Source of the DNA: Mytilus trossulus | Lineage: Eukaryota | Direction: 5' to 3' | NCBI RefSeq assembly: GCF_036588685.1 | Contig: NC_086374.1 | Span: forward strand, 69,626,001-69,690,000 | DNA length: 64,000 nt | Shown here: piece by piece, positions 27,146 to 36,201 of the stretch | Layout of the letters: each line of letters opens with the position of its first letter | How positions within the stretch are numbered: position 1 is the stretch's first letter | Made by a program: the position numbers and the translations under genes | The notes under the pieces: model-generated | Database searches by the model: none | Seen by the model: only the letters and a program-made list of their open reading frames with translations | Told to the model about the DNA's origin: nothing

Positions 27146-29977
27146 ATGGATGACTTAGAAAATAATGTGAAGCGTATCGTTAGTGAAGAAGTAAATAGAT
27201 CACAGAATGAATTTTTATCTAAGTTGGACAGTTTATTTACTACTAAATTTCAAGTTTATGACCAGCAACAGAAGGAACGTTCGGACGCACAGTTCAACCG
27301 TATTCACAATGACCTTTTATCAACAGACAGTTACAAATTTCAGAGGAAAAGTTGTGAAGATCAATTTAAGTTCAACCAGAAAGTGTCTGTCGCGTTGAAA
27401 GAAGCAGAAGCTGTTATCGAGCCAAAAGACCCATCTGCCGCGAGGGCTAAACAGAAGATATCTGAAGGTATTGAACTTTTAAATTATCGGCAAAAATTAG
27501 TAAAGATGGCAGACTCTTCAGAATGTGGGTGGAAATTGGTTCAGGAGTATACCGCAAATCCTTTGGCGGACGATTCAGAAGATGACAGAAAGATATTTCG
27601 AGCACAAAACAGAGCGGAAAGGAAGATCAAAGCAGACAGAGTAAAGAGGAGATCCCGCGCTGAGCTTTATGTAAAACCAGCGAGTTCCAGTGGAAGCAGA
27701 GATAGACAGACAGTATCAAGGAAGCCTGGTGTTTGTTATAATTGTTACAAGCCTGGTCATTGGCAGAATGAGTGTCCTGAAAAGAAACGACCAAAGTTAA
27801 GTAAAATTTTTGATATATGTTGTAATTTAGCTTGGGATTTGAGTTACAAATCAAATGTTGAGTTAAAAGGGGGGAGTCGTTTATTGAATTCTGCTCACAA
27901 AGAGGTAAACGAAACAATGGTCAATTGTGTTAACGGTTCAGTCAGGTATGACGAGAGTAATGACCAGACGTCTGGTCATTTAAATTTACAGGTGAATGTT
28001 TTGACACCAGTAGGTAAATTAAATAAGGCAATACACAAATGGAAGGAGACTGGTACAAGTGAGTACATTTTAAAAGTAATAGAGCAAGGCTATGGTATAC
28101 CATTTAAAACTCTTCCAGACAGTTGTGTTCTCAGAAATAATAAATCATCTTTAGATAATTCTGTTTTTGTAAATGGTGAAATTTCTAAATTATTAGATAA
28201 GAAGTGTATTTCAGAAGTACACGAAATACCGTATGTAGTAAATCCGCTAACGGTAGCATATAACAGATCAGCAAAACCTAGATTGGTTCTAGATTGCAGA
28301 CATATCAACGAGTGCATACATCAGTTTAAATTTAAGTTTGAAGATGGGTCAGTTGCCAAGCAACTATTTAATAAAGGAAATTATCTGTTTCGCTTTGATT
28401 TAAAAAGTGCTTATCATCACATAGAGATATTACCAGACCACAGAAAGTATTTAGATTTTAGTTGGCAATTTGAAGGGACAACCAGATATTATGTATTTAA
28501 TGTTCTTCCTTTTGGAATTGCTAGCGCTGGTCATATATTTACCAAACTTACAAAAGAAGTTGTTAAGTACTGGAGGAGTCAAGGTTTTAGAATCCTAATG
28601 TACTTAGATGATGGTTTGGGCGGAGACAGTAATTTCGATTGCGCACACATTGTTAGCACTTTTGTAAGAGAAAGTTTGACAGAGTTTGGTTTTTTAATAG
28701 CAGAAGAGAAATGTATATGGTTGCCTGTACAGAATATTACTTGGATAGGGTTATTTTGGGAAATGCAGTTTGGAAAATTGAGTATTACCGAGGAGAGAGT
28801 CGAAAGACTTCTTTCGGTTATTGACAAAACATTGATAAGTGTAGGTAAAGGCAAGCTTTTGTATAATGCTAGATTTGTGGCTGGTATTGTTGGACAGATA
28901 ATATCAATGATGTCTGTAATGGGAAACGTTTGTAGACTTAGAACTCGAGAATTGTACAATTGTCTTATAATGAGAGCAAGTTGGAACTCGCTTGTAGTAT
29001 TGAATTCTGTAGCTATTGAAGAGCTATATTTTTGGTTTGAGAACTTAAGAAAGTTCAATAGAAAGGGTTTTAATCTGCATGAGTCAGATTTTTGTGATTT
29101 TGTGGCGTATACTGACGCATCAGATGTCGGCTTTGGGGGATATGTAGTCCCAGCTGATACAGAGTCTGTCTGTGACTCTGATTGTATTATGAAAATGACT
29201 GATTGTGGTCTAGAAGTTCCTTATAACAGTTTGATAACTGTGACTAGTAACTGGTCGGTATCTGAAAGTGTTAAAAGCTCTACATGGAGAGAGCTTGAAG
29301 CAGTAAGTAGAGTAGTTAAAAGTTCTGTTACAATGCTGGAAAATCATACAGTTCAACTGAATACTGATAATAAAAACGTTACAAGCATAATTAAGAACGG
29401 TAGTAGAAAGTTAGATCTTCAAGAGATTGCTTGCGATTTAAATGAATTGTGCACAGAAAACAATATAAGTATTAAGACACAATGGGTTCCTCGGGAACAA
29501 AACACAATAGCTGATAATTTAAGTAGATATTCAGATTGTGATGATTGGGGAATTCATTTTGATGTGTTTGACATGCTTGATGAGCTTTGTGGAAAACATT
29601 CTATAGATAGATTTGCTACTGATTATAACAGTAAATGTTTTAGGTTTAATTCAAAATGTTGGTGCAAAGGTACTGAAGCTATTGACGCTTTCACGCAAAA
29701 TTGGCAAGGAGAAAATAACTGGTTGGCGCCACCGCCAAATTTGATAGCCAAGGTCATTAGAAAAGTATGCAACGATAGCGCGGACAGTACTCTTGTTGTT
29801 CCATTTTGGAAATCAGCTCCATTCTGGGCATTATTACACAATTCGAATTGCACTTTTGTTGAGAGTAAAATGCGGCTTACAAATAAAAACTTAATTGTAA
29901 GAGGTAGAGGTAATAATGGTATTTTTGGAGTAAATCCTTTGAATTTTGCAATGATTGCTTTTAAAATCAGATTTTGA
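27146..29977 (+). CDS. Gag (CCHC knuckle)-reverse transcriptase-RNase H-DNA N6-adenine methyltransferase-like polyprotein, 943 aa
   Basis: Gag CYNCYKPGHWQNEC; RT RLVLDCR, FDLKSAYHH, VLPFG, YLDDG; RNase H YTDAS, RELEAV, TDN, WVPREQNTIADNLSR; MT-like IDRFA...DAFTQNW..ENNWLAPPP...TLVVPFWKSAPFW. Confidence 0.93.
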   Translation: MDDLENNVKRIVSEEVNRSQNEFLSKLDSLFTTKFQVYDQQQKERSDAQFNRIHNDLLSTDSYKFQRKSCEDQFKFNQKVSVALKEAEAVIEPKDPSAARAKQKISEGIELLNYRQKLVKMADSSECGWKLVQEYTANPLADDSEDDRKIFRAQNRAERKIKADRVKRRSRAELYVKPASSSGSRDRQTVSRKPGVCYNCYKPGHWQNECPEKKRPKLSKIFDICCNLAWDLSYKSNVELKGGSRLLNSAHKEVNETMVNCVNGSVRYDESNDQTSGHLNLQVNVLTPVGKLNKAIHKWKETGTSEYILKVIEQGYGIPFKTLPDSCVLRNNKSSLDNSVFVNGEISKLLDKKCISEVHEIPYVVNPLTVAYNRSAKPRLVLDCRHINECIHQFKFKFEDGSVAKQLFNKGNYLFRFDLKSAYHHIEILPDHRKYLDFSWQFEGTTRYYVFNVLPFGIASAGHIFTKLTKEVVKYWRSQGFRILMYLDDGLGGDSNFDCAHIVSTFVRESLTEFGFLIAEEKCIWLPVQNITWIGLFWEMQFGKLSITEERVERLLSVIDKTLISVGKGKLLYNARFVAGIVGQIISMMSVMGNVCRLRTRELYNCLIMRASWNSLVVLNSVAIEELYFWFENLRKFNRKGFNLHESDFCDFVAYTDASDVGFGGYVVPADTESVCDSDCIMKMTDCGLEVPYNSLITVTSNWSVSESVKSSTWRELEAVSRVVKSSVTMLENHTVQLNTDNKNVTSIIKNGSRKLDLQEIACDLNELCTENNISIKTQWVPREQNTIADNLSRYSDCDDWGIHFDVFDMLDELCGKHSIDRFATDYNSKCFRFNSKCWCKGTEAIDAFTQNWQGENNWLAPPPNLIAKVIRKVCNDSADSTLVVPFWKSAPFWALLHNSNCTFVESKMRLTNKNLIVRGRGNNGIFGVNPLNFAMIAFKIRF

Positions 29978-31008
29978 TTGTTGTATTTCTTTTGCACAGG
30001 AATAAAGCAAGAGCAGTTTGTGCGTGACGCCGTGGTACATAGTGGAATTGATGAAACTCACCCTTTGTACAGTTCGGTTGCCAGCTTATCAACACGTTTA
30101 TTGGGATCTAGAAGTGACAGTACTGTGAAAAAATATTACTATGGTTTTTTAAAGTGGGAAAAATTTGTTAGTAAACATTGTTTAATTTCTATGCCTGCCT
30201 CGCCTATACATATTGCTTTATATTTGTCTAATTTGTTAGATTCCGGATCAACGTACAGTACGGTATCATCTGCTGTTTATTCAATTAAATGGGCACATGA
30301 AATGTGTGGTCAAATTGACCCTACAAATAACTCTTTTGTTGAAAATTTAGTTGAATCAGCTAAAAGAACTGCTAAACCTGTTGTTAATAAGAAAGACCCA
30401 GTCACTACTGATATCTTAATTCGGTTATGTTCTATGTTTCATTTTTCTACAGATTTACTGGTAGTTAGGGATCTTTTGATGACTTTGCTAGGTTTCAGTG
30501 GTTTTTTACGTTTTAATGAGTTAAGTCAGCTTAGATGTAACGATTTTTTCGTAAAAGAAGAGCATTTAGTTATTAAGATTAGGCGAAGTAAGACTGATCA
30601 GTACACAGATCAGGTGATGAAATTTTAATTTGTAAAGGTCATACTTTGGCTTGTCCTTATGCTATGTTTTTTAGATATGTAAGTTTAGCTGAATTAGTTT
30701 TGGATAGTGATATGTTTTTATTTCGACCTTTGTACAGAAGTAAGAAAACATGTGCATTAATTAGTATTAACAAACCTATTAGTTACACTACTGCTAGGGA
30801 GTGTGTTATTAAGAGATTAAGACTAGTTGCACCTGAATTGAATCTTGGGTCTCTTAGGTCTGGTGGTGCCACTATGGCGGCAAATTCAGGTGTCAATGAA
30901 AGGTGCTGGAAGCGCCATGGTAGGTGGAAAAGTGATTCAAGCAAAGACGGCTACGTAGCCGACTCTGTAGAAAGTAGGTTAGCCGTATCTAAAACTTTAG
31001 GCTTGTAG
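29978..31008 (+). pseudogene. Tyrosine recombinase (YR) of the element, disabled
   Basis: GFLRFNEL (R), SKTDQ (K), SLRSGGAT (R), HGRWKS and DGY (Y) are present. A 2-bp AC duplication at 30605-30606 shifts the frame, and the His of HxxR is missing (LNLG-SLR). Confidence 0.9.
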
Positions 31009-31044
31009 TATATTTATTTTCTTATTTTTCTATCTTTGTTGCTC

Positions 31045-31301
31045 TATGCAGTACTCGAGCTAGTCAACAACATAAGTTTGTGTTGTGTTTTTCTTTATAT
31101 AGTTAAGATGTATTAAGTGGAAAGAAGACTAAAAAATTCCCGAGGCACATAAGTATAACGGGAATTGATTGTCTTCTTGCGCATGTGTAATACATGTACG
31201 TGTAGGCGTAGGAATTTTTGGCGCCAAAAAATTAGGTTGTAAAGTGACTGTTTTATATAGTTAATTCTAGCCTGTACTTCGTACTATGAACATCGTATTT
31301 T
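31045..31301 (+). repeat. Internal B1-A2 junction of the split direct repeats
   Basis: B1 (86 bp) directly abuts A2 (171 bp): GAAGACT|AAAAAATTCC. Confidence 0.95.
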
Positions 31302-31741
31302 TAAGGGTTTTTTTAAGGAAAAAAGATTTGCATAAATTTGTATTTGATAAATATATTGATTTTTATGTAGGTTGATTGGCTATACAAACGTAATCGTATT
31401 TAGACTTTTGTACCAAAACTTTTCATAGCCCTTGAGTCCTAATGACTCGCTTTCTTTTCTATTTCGATATTTACAAACAAAATTATGTTTTTCTTTTTCT
31501 CATTTGATAAGTGAGGTCCAACACTTAGAGTTTCGTTGGCATGGACAAAAGGACACAGGTTTCCTAAAAGGGTTTTTCCTGGGCGGCCACGAAACATTCA
31601 TTTATTCAGTTATTCTAATACAAAAAGGTCAACATTGATGAGTATATATTTTTGTTGAACAATGATGTTATTGTTTTCACATTGTATAGTGTATAATATG
31701 TTTATATTGATCATTTGTCTTATTAAATCGGCAGCTCACAA

Positions 31742-31827
31742 TATGCAGTACTCGAGCTAGTCAACAACATAAGTTTGTGTTGTGTTTTTCTTTATATAGT
31801 TAAGATGTATTAAGTGGAAAGAAGACT
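31742..31827 (+). repeat. Split direct repeat B2
   Basis: Identical to B1 (31045-31130). Confidence 0.95.
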
Positions 31828-32395
31828 TTCAGATATCTTGTTGGACTCATCCGGGTCTCCGCTCTGTATGAAAAGCACATATACTTATTTTTTATATTCA
31901 TTTTGTGCTTATGTGCTTTGGTTGACATATGCGTTTGTTTTCATTGTGATTAAGATCATCATACAATCTTGTTTGCTGTTTTACTATTCTTCAAAATGTT
32001 ATCTATCATATCTATTTGGTTTGTTTACACATTGTTGTCAATAATGGAACTTTATGCTACTGTTTACAAGTGAGAGGTATAGCTAGTTACAAACCCAGAT
32101 ATAATCTAGTGCTTGATTCATAACTTTTCCAGACTCAGGATGATGTAGAGATTACAAACTAGTCAAATGTTGACGACGATTCCATTATATCATTAGCTCA
32201 GTAGTCAGTATTTCAGTACTGACATGATTTAACAAACTTTACTAGCATTATCCGTTTTTAAATTTTTAAATTATAAAGAAACTAAGGCAAAGTTGGCTTT
32301 AGATGAATTTGGCTATTTATTTAGGAATTTTTTACGTATAGCTTTCAATGGTTTCGATACTTATACATCTTCGGATTTCAAATGTTTGGCTTTGA

Positions 32396-32437
32396 TCGTT
32401 TCTGATGATGGTAAATCCAGAAAAACGCTTCGGACGC
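32396..32437 (+). ncRNA. Duplicate copy of the type I hammerhead motif
   Basis: cgttt CTGATGA tgg taaat cca GAAA a acgc t TC ggacg. Confidence 0.55.
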
Positions 32438-32734
32438 AATTAATTATTAAACGTGTTGTTTTCAATTTTTTATCTTTTTAAATGTCTGTTGTGGTTTGAT
32501 CGTGTTTTAGAGCTGCTGTATCCTATTCGTACACATCTCTTTTAAAACTAAATCATAATAAAGCGAAACCCGGAAAATCTCAAATTTTAAAATGATTAGA
32601 CTTGTCATTTCGGGGCCTTTCATAGCTGACTATGCTATATGGGCTTTGCTCATTGTTGAAGACCATACGGTGACCTATAGTTGTTATTTCTGTTTCATTT
32701 TTGGTATCTTGTGGAGAGTTGTCTCATTAGCAAT

Positions 32735-33348
32735 TGTTACGGCCAGAAATCGCCTTTAAATTGTAGCCAACAAAAGACACAAATCAATAGTAAAATTTAA
32801 CAATATTTATTATACAAAAGTTTACAAGAAGTATTACACAAATATTACTGTCAACTTAACTGTCAAAATATGACTCCAATCTGTATCCGGAAATCTTTTG
32901 GAATCCAATCTGAATATTACGTTCACTATACTAAGGTCACAATCCAGTATGATGTTGTTTGTAGAATAAAAGTGTCAACCCAAATGCTGTGAATACTAAT
33001 GTCTATCGATGTCTAAGTCTAAGTTTAATTCTGAGAGTTTAACTTTTGTGTCTGTATATATAGTGTTGTCATGGAAAATTCTAGAACACTCTATAATGGA
33101 ACATTGTGGAAAGTCCTAGAAAGTTACAACGGAAGTTTCTAGTAAACTAGAAGTTTATATTACGCATCTTTTATTATTATCATTCTGGAATCATCAAATA
33201 GAAAGTTCCAATCATTCCATAAGTATCTGTGATTGTTCCAGTGATTTCTAAACTGGACAGTTATAAGATTATTTGGTAAACAACTATCAGGCCATACAAA
33301 ACAAATTAGGCCAACATAAATAAACATAATAATTACAATAACATAACA
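32735..33348 (-). mobile_element. Solo LTR (Gypsy-type), 614 bp
   Basis: TGTTA...TAACA termini and 4-bp TSD CAAT; absent from copy 1 (CTCATTAG CAAT TATACCAC); TATA and AATAAA on the minus strand. Confidence 0.8.
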
Positions 33349-33724
33349 CAATTATACCACATCTTCTTTTTATATTTTCTATCATGTTACAAATCGAAAG
33401 ACTCTTGCATCAATAAAGTGTTGTTAAGCAATAAAGAATATGTCAGGTCAACAATTTCAAATACAATGAAAGCAATAGAAATTCAAAATTAATCAACCTT
33501 TTTGATTTTAGATTTTCCCACAGAAAGCTTTCAAATTGTTCATTTTCAATGTAGTATATTGAAAAGCATTACATAATGTACCGAGTTTTCTAAAGATTTT
33601 AAAAAGATAAGATTTTTTTTAATAGAAACCGGACAGATTCATTATTGGCCATCAAAACTAATCCTTATTTTTTTAAAATTTATTTTCCTTATCTTGAAGG
33701 TGTCTTTCTTTCACATTTCCGTCT

Positions 33725-34983
33725 TGTGGCCTGCTATACATTTATTTGATATAAACAATGAATAAGTCACCTTACAAACTGGTTTATATCGAATATTTCT
33801 CTAATCCTCAAAACTGTATAGTCTATTTATCAATTTGTCCTATCCCACGTAGTATTATTGCATACGTCACATAAAAACGATTTTCTGTTGTACCTAATAG
33901 AAAAAACTGGTTTCGTGTTAAATAACTTGGATAACCGAAAACTTCATTTTTAAAGTTGAAGACCTGTGCAATCTGCTTTTCTAATTTCGACATTTTTTTG
34001 GCTTCTATCCATCATATTTCATCCTTTGAAGTTCCTCGTTTAAATCTTTTTACTTTTAAAACATATTTGGTTTGTTATTTCCCAATTTTTTTCGATATCA
34101 AGTGTTCTTCTCTTAAATACTTTACTCCAAGATGTTGTTCTAAATGTTATATGGTTCCTTTAATGCTTGCAATAGTGTCCTGTCCGGAAGCTAATATAGC
34201 AAGCAAACTCGGGACTTTGGATCGCCAACTTGACCACTTTGTTTCGGAAGTAGAAACAGCTACAGCTGTATTTCTGATTTTATTTTATACCACAACTTAC
34301 TAAATCAGCATTGGAAGACACAATCTTTTAACTGCATGTTCAAAGTAAATTAGTGTGTGGCCTGCTATACATTTATTGGATATAAACAATGAATAAGTCA
34401 CCTTACAAACTGGTTTATATCGAATAATTCTCTAATCCTCAAAACTGTATAGTCTATTTATCAATTTGTCCTATCCCACGTAGTAATATTGCATACGTCA
34501 CATAAAAACGATTTTCTGTGGTACCTAATAGAAAAAACTGGTTTCGTGTTAAATAACTTGGATAACCGAAAACTTCATTTTTAAAGTTGAAGACCTGTGC
34601 AATCTGCTTTTCTAATTTCGACATATTAATTGGCTTCTATCCATCATATTTCATCCTTTGAAGTTCCTCGTTTAAATCTTTTTACTTTTAAAACATATTT
34701 GGTTTGTTATTTCCCAAATTTCTTAGATATCAAGTGTTCTTCTCTTAAATACTTTACTCCAAGATGATGTTCTGAATGTTATATGGTTCCTTTAATGCTT
34801 GGAATAGTGTCCTGTCCGGAAGCTAATATAGCAAGCAAACTCGGGACTTTGGATCGCCAACTTGACCACTTTGTTTCGAAAGTAGAAACAGCTACAGCTG
34901 TATTTCTGATTTTATTTTATACCACAATTTACTAAATCAGCTTTGGAAGACACAATCTTTTAACTGCATGTTCAAAGTAAATT
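33725..34983. repeat. 631-bp tandem duplication carrying two more copies of the decayed exon (33776-34331, 34407-34963)
   Basis: TGTGGCCTGCTATACATTTA...GTTCAAAGTAAATT occurs twice head to tail. Confidence 0.92.
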
Positions 34984-35864
34984 GTCTTTGTTCTAGTATT
35001 AATATTACTTTTTCTGTTGAATGGTTTTATGTGATATCAGTTTGACGTGGCTCGGTACTTATACATCTCGTCAATGTGTTTGTATTGGCTTTCATTTTTT
35101 TGTGGTTTGTTATGTATATGCAACTTTTTGTATTTCTTTTCTTCTTATTACGTGACTCTGTAATTTAAAAGATCCCGTAAGTATTATATTGGTCTATTAT
35201 ATGTCATTATGATATATTTCTATTATGAATTACTATATACGTTGAATCACAAACGTCAAAATCATTCAATCGCGTAGTGGTATTAACTATTTTTGGATTC
35301 TCATCAATTCTACCTATATTAAACTTTTAGACTAGTTTTAATATCGGTCTATTTCTGTAATTTATTCTAACATACTTTTGATTTTTAACCCTGTATGGTT
35401 ACATTGCCTATGTAAATTTTAAAACTGTTTGTATGCACATTGAACGACAAATTTATGTGACGTATACAAATTTTATGACGTCAGACACTCAAATCAATTA
35501 ATGTGTTCGTAGATAGAAGATGTTTTTGTGTGTACGGTTAAATTGTCCCCTTTTAAAATTGTTATACGATGATGACTGATGTACCCATATTTTGACTATT
35601 TTATTAATTGTGACTGTTTATTTAACGCATCATGTAAATATAACGGAATTTGATGAGACTGTTATCAAAGTGAGAGGGTAAGCGCTATAGAACCAGGTTT
35701 AATCCACCATTTTCTACATTTGAAAATGCCTGTACCAAGTCAGGAATATGACAGTTCTTGTTCATTCGTTTTTGATGCGTTTTGTTTTTTGATTTTGCCA
35801 TGTGATTATGGACTTTCCAAATTGATTTTCCTCTGAGTTCAGTATTTTTGTGATTTTACTTTTT
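34984..35864 (+). mobile_element. Long copy of an abundant dispersed repeat (ATGCCTGTACCAAGTCAGGAATATGACAG family) inserted into TT without an evident TSD
   Basis: Absent from copy 1 (AAAGTAAATT|AGAACAGAG). Fragments of the same family at about 17760-17990, 26500-26630, 36380-36515, 53230-53690 and 63000-63145. Confidence 0.75.
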
Positions 35865-35911
35865 AGTACAGAGTTTCAATAAAGAACAAGTTAAAATGAA
35901 ACAAATAGTCC

Positions 35912-36201
35912 TGACTCAAACTGTAAATAAACGAATCGCATTAAAATGTTAATCAAAGATTAGTTTTAACCCAAATACAAAAATTGGGGAGGACGATTTT
36001 TTTAACAGGCTTGGTTTATAAATAAAGTTGTCATAGTGATAGCAAAACAAGGGATATGACTCAAACTGTAAATAAACGAATCGCATTAAAATGTTAATCA
36101 AAGATAAGTTTTAACCCAAATACAAAAATTGGGGAGGACGATTTTTTTAACAGGCTTGGTTTATAAATAATGTTGTCATAGTGATAGCAAAACAAGGGAT
36201 A
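35912..36201. repeat. 145-bp tandem duplication
   Basis: TGACTCAAACTGTAAATAAAC...CAAGGGATA x2. Confidence 0.9.

Larger units (their letters stand above)
26951..31827 (+). mobile_element. Tyrosine-recombinase retrotransposon (DIRS order, PAT-like: split direct repeats plus MT domain)
   Basis: A1 26951-27121, B1 31045-31130, A2 31131-31301, B2 31742-31827; gag-RT-RH-MT and YR ORFs; no TSD relative to the empty paralogous site. Confidence 0.93.
24565..32111. repeat. Tandem segmental duplication, copy 1 (contains the YR retrotransposon)
   Basis: Colinear with 32112-37107 from CTTGATTCATAACTTTTC to CCAGATWTAATC, roughly 90% identical by eye. Confidence 0.9.

Noticed and set aside
28090-29997. 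Antisense ORFs (75-159 aa) over pol
   Set aside because: They are shadows of the long sense ORF and have no recognisable motifs.
26951-31827. Classification as DIRS1-type, Ngaro or LTR retrotransposon
   Set aside because: There are no inverted terminal repeats or ICR, no DDE integrase and no TSD; the MT-like domain argues against typical Ngaro.
33956-34303. 115-aa plus-strand ORF
   Set aside because: It is antisense to the decayed exon and is not preserved in the other two copies.
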